From positions 1 through 40,982 of IMG/VR virus record IMGVR_UViG_3300029171_000019: a stretch of DNA of 40,982 nt. One strand, written 5' to 3'. The stretch is from a virus (taxonomy: Duplodnaviria > Caudoviricetes). The translations under genes and the position numbers were made by a program. A model generated the notes under the pieces. The model made no database searches, was not told where the DNA came from, and saw nothing but the letters and a program-made list of their open reading frames with translations. Of this stretch, positions 9,720 through 17,485 are shown piece after piece. Within the stretch, counting starts at the first letter, position 1, and the number at the start of each line of letters is the position of its first letter.

Positions 9720-10075
9720 AAAAATGGGTCGTTTTTTTAATGCTCACTCTTCCGACCGTGGCTTTCGCGGCCGAGAAACCCGCCGTCCCTCCCGCGCCGG
9801 CCGTGACCCTCACCGCCGAGCAGAAGAAGGCGAATGATGAATTCGTTGAGAAACAAAAGAAGCGAATCGCCGAGCTGCAGCAGGAAGCGAAGCAATGGGA
9901 TTCGATTTTCTTGCAGTCCGTTGAAATGCAGAACAAAGCGAAGGCCTCTTACACGATGATCGTCGGTGCCATGAACGAACTGCAGCGCCAGATCGACGAA
10001 CTCGTCAATCCGAAGCCTCCGGTTGAAGAGCCGGAAAAGTCGGAAGAGCCCAAGAAGGAAGAAAAGAAAAAATGA
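9716..10075 (+). CDS. Secreted coiled-coil protein
   Basis: Signal peptide MKKWVVFLMLTLPTVAFA-A. Confidence 0.7.
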   Translation: MKKWVVFLMLTLPTVAFAAEKPAVPPAPAVTLTAEQKKANDEFVEKQKKRIAELQQEAKQWDSIFLQSVEMQNKAKASYTMIVGAMNELQRQIDELVNPKPPVEEPEKSEEPKKEEKKK

Positions 10076-10287
10076 TCCACACTTGCCACGCCCCGAATTG
10101 CACGATTCCGGTACCGCCGGAGCTGTTTGCTTGCAAACAGCACTGGAACCAGATCCCCAGAATGCTCCGCGCGAAAATTTGGGCGGCGTATAGGCCGGGA
10201 CAGGAGATCACGAAAAAGCCGTCGCCGGCGTGGATGGAAGCGGCGAGGCAAGCAAAGGAATTTTGGAATCAGACGCCTGTCGTTTAA
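10072..10287 (+). CDS. Small Zn-binding phage protein
   Basis: CHAPNC...CKQHW; ATGA overlap. Confidence 0.65.
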   Translation: MIHTCHAPNCTIPVPPELFACKQHWNQIPRMLRAKIWAAYRPGQEITKKPSPAWMEAARQAKEFWNQTPVV

Positions 10288-10346
10288 TTGGCAAGACCTG
10301 GGCTGCATAACCCAAGATGCCGGTTCGAGTCCGGTCAGGCACACCA
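10273..10346 (+). tRNA. Atypical (fMet-like) tRNA or pseudo-tRNA with an 8-nt anticodon loop
   Basis: Acceptor GCCTG/CAGGC, D arm GTTT/AGAC with GG, TGGG-CTGCATAA-CCCA, T arm GCCGG-TTCGAGT-CCGGT, encoded CCA. Confidence 0.6.
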
Positions 10347-10358
10347 AAAGGAGAATTT

Positions 10359-10535
10359 ATGATTGGAACCAATCAGGTGATTTTAAATCAAGCCACGATT
10401 CTGGAAGCTATTCAATTCTGGATCGATGAAAAGCAGTTTAAATCACGGCAATACGTTCAAAGAATCGAATCACGGAACAACGATGAACAATTCGTTGTGA
10501 CCTATTCCGACAAAGCACCGGAAAGACAAGAATAA
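10359..10535 (+). CDS. Hypothetical protein (MIGTNQ...)
   Basis: AGGAG RBS right after the tRNA CCA. Confidence 0.65.
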   Translation: MIGTNQVILNQATILEAIQFWIDEKQFKSRQYVQRIESRNNDEQFVVTYSDKAPERQE

Positions 10536-10601
10536 ATTTTGTCCGAGGGCGTCTCAACAGCGACCCAAAGGCCGGTATGCTTCCGGCCGGATGAAAAGGG
10601 A

Positions 10602-10746
10602 ATGGATGTGGCGAAATGACAAAGACGCATGAGGGCGCAGCGGAGATCCCCCGGCTAGAAACCGGGGATCGGCCGACACTAACAACCCAGTCGCTTTATC
10701 TGCTGCTACGAGCGACGTGCAGTGGTTCGATTCCCTGCCATCCTGA
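10602..10746 (+). ncRNA. Expanded tRNA-like RNA
   Basis: GGATG/CATCC acceptor, Leu/Ser-type D arm TGGCGAAATG..AGACGC, GGTTCGATTCC T arm, and two long internal hairpins. Confidence 0.5.
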
Positions 10747-10769
10747 ACCTTTAACCTGAAAGGATAAGC

Positions 10770-11138
10770 ATGAAAAATATTTTGATGCACATTCCGTTTT
10801 ACCGGAACAAAGTTCGAGCGAAGCAGGAAGAGCAGCGAAAAAGCATGATACAGCGCACGATCAGGATCGCTCAATTCGCTAAAAAACTTTCCCGTTTTGA
10901 AAAAAGATGCCGCGACCGGAAGCAGATTATGGCAGCTGAGGCGAAACGGTACCGGAAACTCCGGCACATTGCAGAATTGTCGGGATATATAAGCCGGCGG
11001 CCATGCGTGGGAACCATTTTTGATTTTAGCCAGGATGTACCTCGTCAAGATTTGTCCCAGCAATTCCGGGGAAAATTCAGAGTAATTTACAACGACAGCG
11101 AATTCATGCGATGCACGGAAAAACAAAAGAGTCAATGA
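10770..11138 (+). CDS. Basic hypothetical protein
   Basis: AAAGGA RBS; ATGA overlap with the next ORF. Confidence 0.55.
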   Translation: MKNILMHIPFYRNKVRAKQEEQRKSMIQRTIRIAQFAKKLSRFEKRCRDRKQIMAAEAKRYRKLRHIAELSGYISRRPCVGTIFDFSQDVPRQDLSQQFRGKFRVIYNDSEFMRCTEKQKSQ

Positions 11139-11329
11139 CTTATTTTGACATCGATCCGGCGTGGATCAATCAGCCTCACCGCCCGAAAGTATGGGAGTTT
11201 CTATTGCTTCGCGCAGACTCAACTTTAATCATCGGCAAAAAGCCGTGGACTGCCGGGAACACCGTAACGATCAACGGCGTAGATTTCATAACGTTTTTCA
11301 ACGGGTTCAATCTCGGAGAGCAAAACTAA
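11135..11329 (+). CDS. Hypothetical protein
   Basis: Translational coupling on both sides. Confidence 0.55.
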   Translation: MTYFDIDPAWINQPHRPKVWEFLLLRADSTLIIGKKPWTAGNTVTINGVDFITFFNGFNLGEQN

Positions 11330-11487
11330 TGAATAAAAAAAGGGAAGGAAACTGGTTCTGGTTTGGATTTTTGATCGGCGTTTGTTTTTTGCTGATCTGG
11401 ACGGCTATTTTCAACGTCATTGTTTTCGGAGTTCGAAGCGCCGGAAATTTGTATTGCAGGCACATTCACCACCTTGAAAGGATATAA
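11329..11487 (+). CDS. Small membrane protein
   Basis: GGAG RBS, TAATG overlap, hydrophobic segment WFWFGFLIGVCFLLIWTAIFNVIVF. Confidence 0.6.
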   Translation: MNKKREGNWFWFGFLIGVCFLLIWTAIFNVIVFGVRSAGNLYCRHIHHLERI

Positions 11488-11493
11488 AAGAAA

Positions 11494-11739
11494 ATGAACG
11501 GCACAGCATCTAAAAAAATAAGACGCGAAGTGTATGACGATTTGTCTATCCGAAACCGGACCTATTCGGTCCATGCATCAAAAGTGATTACGATGACGGA
11601 CAAAACCGGGAAACCGATTCTGGATAAAAGCGGAAAAGAAATCAAACTGACGCGGCATTTTCTTGTTGCGGACCCAAAACGCAGGGAATATCAAAAGGAA
11701 AAGCAATCTTACCTGGCGACGCCCTGGCTTGAGCGATGA
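11494..11739 (+). CDS. Basic hypothetical protein
   Basis: ORF in the coupled + strand series. Confidence 0.6.
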   Translation: MNGTASKKIRREVYDDLSIRNRTYSVHASKVITMTDKTGKPILDKSGKEIKLTRHFLVADPKRREYQKEKQSYLATPWLER

Positions 11740-12041
11740 GCAACCCGGATGACGTTTTAAAATTCCTCGAAGAAATTCAAGGGCTCGTCGCGTACTACGC
11801 ACGGGAATACCAAATGAATTATCCGTCCATGATCGGGGCGATGATTCTCTGGCACGCTCCGACCGTCGGAACAATCAAGGCCGATGAAAACGTCCGGCGA
11901 TTTACCACAGATCTCACTGAAAAGATTCACCTTTATCTAACCCAGGACAAAATCACTTTCCATGAAGCGATTGGAACCGTTTGTCTTGTCAGGGATCAAG
12001 TTTCGGCTGATTTGCGAGAGAAAGGGGATCGTGGATTTTGA
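11736..12041 (+). CDS. Hypothetical protein
   Basis: Coupled ORF. Confidence 0.6.
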   Translation: MSNPDDVLKFLEEIQGLVAYYAREYQMNYPSMIGAMILWHAPTVGTIKADENVRRFTTDLTEKIHLYLTQDKITFHEAIGTVCLVRDQVSADLREKGDRGF

Positions 12042-12757
12042 ATAAAAAGAAGGCGTGGGAGGCGACACTCGCAAACAGAGGACTCGTGAAAAAAGTTCTC
12101 GAAACAAAATTCGCATGGCTTATTCAGAACGATCATCAGCAGCTTGAATATTCGGATTATTTTCAGGTCGGATTGATTGGCCTCTACATTGCCGCACGAA
12201 GATTTGACCCAAAACGAAAATGCCGGCTTTCGACCTACGCTTACGGATGGATTTACCAAGGGATCAGCCGGGAATTTCGAAAAGAAGGATTCAAGGCGGT
12301 GCGCGTCCCGTGCTACGCCTACGACCTGATGTCCAAACTCAAAAAGAAACATCAGGCCGAATTTGAGCAACACCTCAAAAGCGATGCCATGCAGAGCGCG
12401 TACCGGGCTCTCGGAGAACCGATTGCGCTCGATGCGCCTCTTCACCCTGACCAGGAGGACAGCCCGACACTCGGTCAGATTGCACTCGTTTGCCCGGACG
12501 GGGAAGCGATCAGGAACATTCAGAATTTAGACCGGAAGCGACTTTTGAAAAAGGCACTTCAAAAACTTACAGACAGGGAGCGCCGAATTATCTCCCTCCG
12601 GTTTGGAATCGGAAAGAAGCGGGAGTTCCGGCGCCGGCACCTCGCGAGCATCATGGGAAAATCGCATCAGGCTATTCAGCAGACCGAGAAAAAAGCATTC
12701 GAGAAAATGCGTAAATTCTTCGGCAATCAGAAAATTAAAAAGGAGGATTTGATATGA
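12038..12757 (+). CDS. Phage-encoded sigma-70 family factor
   Basis: Region 2 (DYFQVGLIGLYIAARRFDP...LSTYAYGWI) and region 4 (LTDRERRIISLRFGI...QTEKKAFEKMR). Confidence 0.88.
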   Translation: MNKKKAWEATLANRGLVKKVLETKFAWLIQNDHQQLEYSDYFQVGLIGLYIAARRFDPKRKCRLSTYAYGWIYQGISREFRKEGFKAVRVPCYAYDLMSKLKKKHQAEFEQHLKSDAMQSAYRALGEPIALDAPLHPDQEDSPTLGQIALVCPDGEAIRNIQNLDRKRLLKKALQKLTDRERRIISLRFGIGKKREFRRRHLASIMGKSHQAIQQTEKKAFEKMRKFFGNQKIKKEDLI

Positions 12758-13185
12758 TTAACTGGAAAATCGAAACGCGGAAATTATCAGACCTGAAACC
12801 TTATCCTCAAAACCCCAGGAAAAAGACGGAATTGGGTGTCAAGCAGCTTGAAAAGTCCATCGATCAAATTGGCCTCGCGTCGGTTCCGAACATTACTCAG
12901 GACAATATCATCCTTTCAGGGCATCAACGCATTGCGCTCCTGACAAAGAAATTCGGGCCGGCGCACGTCATTGATGTCTACGTCGCGGATCGTGCGCTCA
13001 CTCCTCAGGAGATGCAGGACGTTGTGATTTGGCTGAACAAAGCCATCGCGGGAACGTGGGATACTGAATTTATCGAAGAAAAGTTCGAGGAACTCGGGTT
13101 CGCTAAATACGGATTCGGGGAAGAAAAGAAAGAGAAACGGACTCCGAATAAGTTCTGCCCGAAGTGCGGTCACAACCTCGCGTAG
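12754..13185 (+). CDS. ParB-like N-terminal domain protein with C-terminal CPKC knuckle
   Basis: LKPYPQNPRK, ILSGHQR, CPKCG. Confidence 0.8.
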   Translation: MINWKIETRKLSDLKPYPQNPRKKTELGVKQLEKSIDQIGLASVPNITQDNIILSGHQRIALLTKKFGPAHVIDVYVADRALTPQEMQDVVIWLNKAIAGTWDTEFIEEKFEELGFAKYGFGEEKKEKRTPNKFCPKCGHNLA

Positions 13186-13249
13186 GTGGGAAATTCTCTA
13201 TAAGGTATGATTGAGATGGAAATCTACACGCAGAAAATGCGAGGAAAAT

Positions 13250-13642
13250 GTGAACGATCAGAATCTTAAACCATTTCAACCCGGACACCCGGGAGGCCCC
13301 GGCAGACCGCCCGGACCCGACAAAGAACTCCGAAAATACACGCGCCAATTGATCGCGGAAACCGTGACGAAACTCCTTGAACTTACTAAGGATGAACTGG
13401 ACGATCTCACGAAGAAAAAAGACGTTCCGTCTTTGGAATCTACGCTCGCGCGGGTTATTTTAAAATGCCATTCAAAAGGGGAGTTTACGGACCTGGACAA
13501 GATCCTGGACCGGATCATCGGAAAGGTTCCTCAAAAGTTTGAAGGCGAACTCACAGGCGCGGCCGGGGCCCCGATTCTTCCCCCCGTAATTCACCTTCAT
13601 CCAGTCGCAGGAAAACTGACGGCGCCACCCCCGGCGCCCTGA
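13250..13642 (+). CDS. terS: Probable terminase small subunit
   Basis: NLKPFQPGHPGGPGRP motif; directly upstream of TerL; GTG start with a GAGG RBS. Confidence 0.7.
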   Translation: MNDQNLKPFQPGHPGGPGRPPGPDKELRKYTRQLIAETVTKLLELTKDELDDLTKKKDVPSLESTLARVILKCHSKGEFTDLDKILDRIIGKVPQKFEGELTGAAGAPILPPVIHLHPVAGKLTAPPPAP

Positions 13643-14829
13643 TGGAATTACACGTCGAATTCCCGGAGAAATCACTCCGGGTTCTGGAACCACCCGCCCG
13701 ATATAAGATTCTCCACGGAGGCCGCGGAAGCGCGAAATCCTGGTCCATCGCCAGGCGTCTCGTGCTCCGCGCCGCTTTCACGAAACTCCGTATCCTTTGC
13801 ACGCGCGAGATCCAGGCCTCGATCAAGGATTCCGTTCACCGCCTCTTGACAGATCAAATCAAATCCCTTGGCCTCGGCGAATATTTCGTCGCGCAGGAAA
13901 ATACGATCAAATCCACGTCCGGCAGCGAATTCATTTTTAAGGGATTGAGGAACAATACTGACGAGGTGAAGTCGACCGAAGGCGTGGACATTTGCTGGGT
14001 GGAAGAAGCCGAGGCCGTCTCCGAAGCATCGTGGCGTGTTCTCATTCCAACGATCCGCAAAGACGGTTCCGAGATCTGGATTTCATTCAACCCAAAAGAC
14101 GAGAACAGCGCCACGTATACGCGCTATGTCAAAGGCCTTCCGGACAATGCGCTCCGCGAGGAAATGAACTACGAGGACAATCCGTGGTTCCCGGACGTCT
14201 TGCGCCAGGAAATGGAATACGACAAGCGCACGGATTATGAAAAATATTTGCACGTTTGGCGAGGGAAGCCTGAGAAGTACGGGGAGGCGCTTATCTTTCG
14301 TGGTAAATTTAGAGTAGAAGAATTCGAAACTCCGAAAGACGTTGAGTTTTATTTCGGTCTTGATTTCGGATTCTCCGTCGATCCTCTGGCCTTCAACCGT
14401 TATTTTATTATCGGGAAAACGCTTTACATCGACCAGGAAGTTTACGGCCTCGGGATTGAACTGGACGACATTCCGAAACGGCTTGATGAAATTCCCGGTG
14501 CCAGGAAATGGCGAATCACCGCCGACAGCGCACGGCCCGATACGATCAGTTATCTCCGAAAAAAAGGCTTTCAGATTTACGGAGCGGAGAAAGGCGAGGG
14601 AAGTGTCGAGGATGGAATTACATTTCTCCGAAGTTTCGAAGCGATCATTATTCACCCCAGGTGTCGCGGGGCGAAAGACAATTTCGAAAATTACAAATGG
14701 AAAGTCGACAAGAACACCGGCATGATTCTTCCAGTTCCCGTTGATGCTTCAAACCACGTTCCGGACAACGCCCGGTACGCATTGGAAAAACTGATCAAAT
14801 CGAAAAAAACAATCTGGGAGGTTCTTTGA
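13642..14829 (+). CDS. terL: Terminase large subunit (PBSX/SPP1-like)
   Basis: HGGRGSAKS, WVEEAE, SFNP, GLDFGFSVDP, DSARP and NHVPDNARYA motifs. Confidence 0.95.
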   Translation: MELHVEFPEKSLRVLEPPARYKILHGGRGSAKSWSIARRLVLRAAFTKLRILCTREIQASIKDSVHRLLTDQIKSLGLGEYFVAQENTIKSTSGSEFIFKGLRNNTDEVKSTEGVDICWVEEAEAVSEASWRVLIPTIRKDGSEIWISFNPKDENSATYTRYVKGLPDNALREEMNYEDNPWFPDVLRQEMEYDKRTDYEKYLHVWRGKPEKYGEALIFRGKFRVEEFETPKDVEFYFGLDFGFSVDPLAFNRYFIIGKTLYIDQEVYGLGIELDDIPKRLDEIPGARKWRITADSARPDTISYLRKKGFQIYGAEKGEGSVEDGITFLRSFEAIIIHPRCRGAKDNFENYKWKVDKNTGMILPVPVDASNHVPDNARYALEKLIKSKKTIWEVL

Positions 14830-16181
14830 TGAAAAAGAAAAAGAAGGCCAAAGCAAACTCATTCGGACCGCCGAATACATTGATGTCAGGGATTTTTGAT
14901 CAGGCGATGTCGAATGGAGTGGCACCCGGATCTCTTCCTTTCCAACTTGCGTATGACAATGCCTATAATCCGCTTACGCTCAATCGATTACTTCTGACGT
15001 ACGCCTACATGACGCACGGCGTGATTCAAACCGCGATCAATCAACCCGTCGAAGACGCATTCCGTGGAGGCCTGGACATTCAATGCGACGAACTCAGTGC
15101 GGACGATATCGATGCGCTCAATGATTATTTGGACGAAAAAAATGTGATCCGCGCGATCAAAGACACGATGTGCTGGGCGAAACTTTTCGGAGGCGCCGGC
15201 CTGATCATTAACACTGATCAGGACCCTGCCTTGCCGCTTGATGCCGATGCTATCGGCGAGAATAGCGACCTACAATTTATCGATGCCGATCGATGGGAAC
15301 TTACTCAGAATTATCTCAGCTTTGAAAAAGTGCCGTGCCCATACACCTATTATTTTCAACCGTTTCACAAGTCGCGCGTGATTAAAGTTCTCGGAAAAGA
15401 AGCGCCGAGCTTTTTGCGCCGCCGGCTGCAGGGATGGGGCATGAGCGAACTCGAACGCATGATCCGGCCTCTGCAGGCATATCTCAAAGCCGAAGACGTG
15501 ATCTATGAACTTCTGGATGAAGCGAAAATCGATGTCTGGAAACTGGAAGGATTCAATACGCAGATCTTGGCGAACGCGGCGGCCGGCAAGACCACGCAGC
15601 GCCTGGGCATTGCGAATCTTCTCAAAAATTATCATCGCGCTTTGATCATGGACAAAGACGATGACTATGAACAAAAGCAAATAGCTTTTTCCGGACTTGC
15701 GGAAATCTTGACGCAGATTCGGATTGGCCAGGCTGCTGCGATCAGGATGCCGCTCACGAAACTTTTTGGGATCTCCGCAGCCGGCTTCAATTCCGGGGAG
15801 GATGATATTGAAAACTACAATTCCCTGATCGAAAGCGAAGTCCGGCATAAGGCCAGGACGGTTGTGACCGGCGTGCTCCCGCTTGTATGCCGTAAACTTT
15901 TCGGATTCGCTCCGGAGAATATTTCATTCGAATTCAAACCGCTTCGCGTGCTTTCAGCCGAACAGGAAGAAAACGTCAAGACCCAAAAATCAAACCGTTA
16001 CAACGCGCAGTACGCGCAGGGACTGCTCCGTGACCATGAACTGGCGAAGATCAATAAGCAGGAAGGCCTCTGCCCGATCGACACCGAGGTGCTGGCCGGT
16101 GCTGACGCCGAACCGCCGATTAATCCGATGGCTGTGGATCTTCCTCAAAAAACGGTTCCAGGAAAAGTTTCCGAAGCATGA
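14826..16181 (+). CDS. Portal protein (DUF1073-like)
   Basis: Follows TerL; RMPLTKLFGISAAGFNSGEDD motif. Confidence 0.85.
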   Translation: MMKKKKKAKANSFGPPNTLMSGIFDQAMSNGVAPGSLPFQLAYDNAYNPLTLNRLLLTYAYMTHGVIQTAINQPVEDAFRGGLDIQCDELSADDIDALNDYLDEKNVIRAIKDTMCWAKLFGGAGLIINTDQDPALPLDADAIGENSDLQFIDADRWELTQNYLSFEKVPCPYTYYFQPFHKSRVIKVLGKEAPSFLRRRLQGWGMSELERMIRPLQAYLKAEDVIYELLDEAKIDVWKLEGFNTQILANAAAGKTTQRLGIANLLKNYHRALIMDKDDDYEQKQIAFSGLAEILTQIRIGQAAAIRMPLTKLFGISAAGFNSGEDDIENYNSLIESEVRHKARTVVTGVLPLVCRKLFGFAPENISFEFKPLRVLSAEQEENVKTQKSNRYNAQYAQGLLRDHELAKINKQEGLCPIDTEVLAGADAEPPINPMAVDLPQKTVPGKVSEA

Positions 16182-17455
16182 TTCAAGCCCTCGCGCAGCC
16201 GAAACGGCTCAAGCCGATTCTGGACCGGAAAGATTATTCCTTGGATTTGGAAATTCAGATCCGGGAGTTTTGGTTTGATCTTTTATACCGGCCTCTTTTA
16301 AAGATTTTGGGAGTTTCTACCGAGATCCAGAACAAGCGCCTCTCAATTCCGATCGATGAACTTCTTCCCAATCCGCACAATCGTGCGATCGAGCGCCCTA
16401 AAGTCGAGGCGATCAAAAAAGACATCCTGGCCACAAAATCAATCAAGCCATTCGTCGTGGCCGAGGTGTTAACGGACTCCGGACCCCGAATGATGATCAC
16501 GGACGGGCATCATCGTTTGATTGCTGTTTCAGAATTGATCCGTGAAGGAAAATTGACCGCAGGTCAAAAAGTACCTGCAGTCACATCCGGGGACGCCGGC
16601 ATAAGAAGCGCTGACGGCGTGGCCAAAAAAAAGATTATGAACTCGAAAGCCGGCTTGATCGCGGCTCTCAAAGCCGGCCGCGTTCAATATCAGGACGGCT
16701 TTTTCGTCGGGGAATTCAATGCGAATGTCAGCCGGGATCTCCGCAGCCTTGGCGCAAAGAAATTCGAGAAAGGATTCAAGATATCTCTTTCGGAATTACC
16801 GCAGGACGTTCGCGGCGCCGTGGCCGACAGCGCGAACCGAATGAATAGAATTAAAAAAGAACTTGAGCAATACCTGAACGAAGTGGATAAAAAAATAGAG
16901 GAACAGAAAAAATTCGGGTTTAGTTTCATGCCCGGGCTGGACCGGGTTTTCTTATCCCTGGACGAGCAGTTCAAAAAGAGCACGGCTGATTTTATTACCA
17001 TCGATCCCGAAATGACGGAAGGTATCGCGCGGAGACTCTCCGAAGATTATTTTGACAGTGTTGATTATGAGATTACTGGATGGTCTCAAAAAAAGACCGC
17101 GAGTTTGCGCGCAAAACTTGAACCCATGATCTTCGGAGGAGTCCGGGCAGATACACTTGCGAAAACGATTCAGTTCGAAGCCGGCAGCGCTGCACGCCGG
17201 GCAAGATTCATCGCGCGGCAGGAAACGTCTTTGCTCGTCTCGAAATACCGGGAAGAACGGTATAAAGAAGTCGGTCTGAACGAATATGAATGGTCAACCT
17301 CCAACGACGAACGCGTAAGAAAATCTCACAAAGAATTGAATGGGAAAATATTTTCCTGGGACAAACCGCCCATCACGAACTCCGACACCGGAGAGCAAAA
17401 CAACCCCGGCGAAGACTACAATTGCCGGTGCGTTGCCATTCCGATTTTAAGATAA
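16178..17455 (+). CDS. MuF/SPP1 gp7 head morphogenesis protein with an internal ParB-like domain
   Basis: IARQET, WSTSNDERVRKSH and PGEDYNCRC motifs; insert contains ITDGHHRL. Confidence 0.88.
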   Translation: MIQALAQPKRLKPILDRKDYSLDLEIQIREFWFDLLYRPLLKILGVSTEIQNKRLSIPIDELLPNPHNRAIERPKVEAIKKDILATKSIKPFVVAEVLTDSGPRMMITDGHHRLIAVSELIREGKLTAGQKVPAVTSGDAGIRSADGVAKKKIMNSKAGLIAALKAGRVQYQDGFFVGEFNANVSRDLRSLGAKKFEKGFKISLSELPQDVRGAVADSANRMNRIKKELEQYLNEVDKKIEEQKKFGFSFMPGLDRVFLSLDEQFKKSTADFITIDPEMTEGIARRLSEDYFDSVDYEITGWSQKKTASLRAKLEPMIFGGVRADTLAKTIQFEAGSAARRARFIARQETSLLVSKYREERYKEVGLNEYEWSTSNDERVRKSHKELNGKIFSWDKPPITNSDTGEQNNPGEDYNCRCVAIPILR

Positions 17456-17485
17456 AAGCATTCGATCAGTTAAAATTGGGATGTA

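Noticed and set aside
10602-10746. tmRNA or intron-containing tRNA
   Set aside because: Too short for tmRNA, it retains a D stem, and no self-splicing intron core is visible.
13186-13215. Sigma-70 promoter (TATGAT) before terS
   Set aside because: No credible -35 element at the right spacing.
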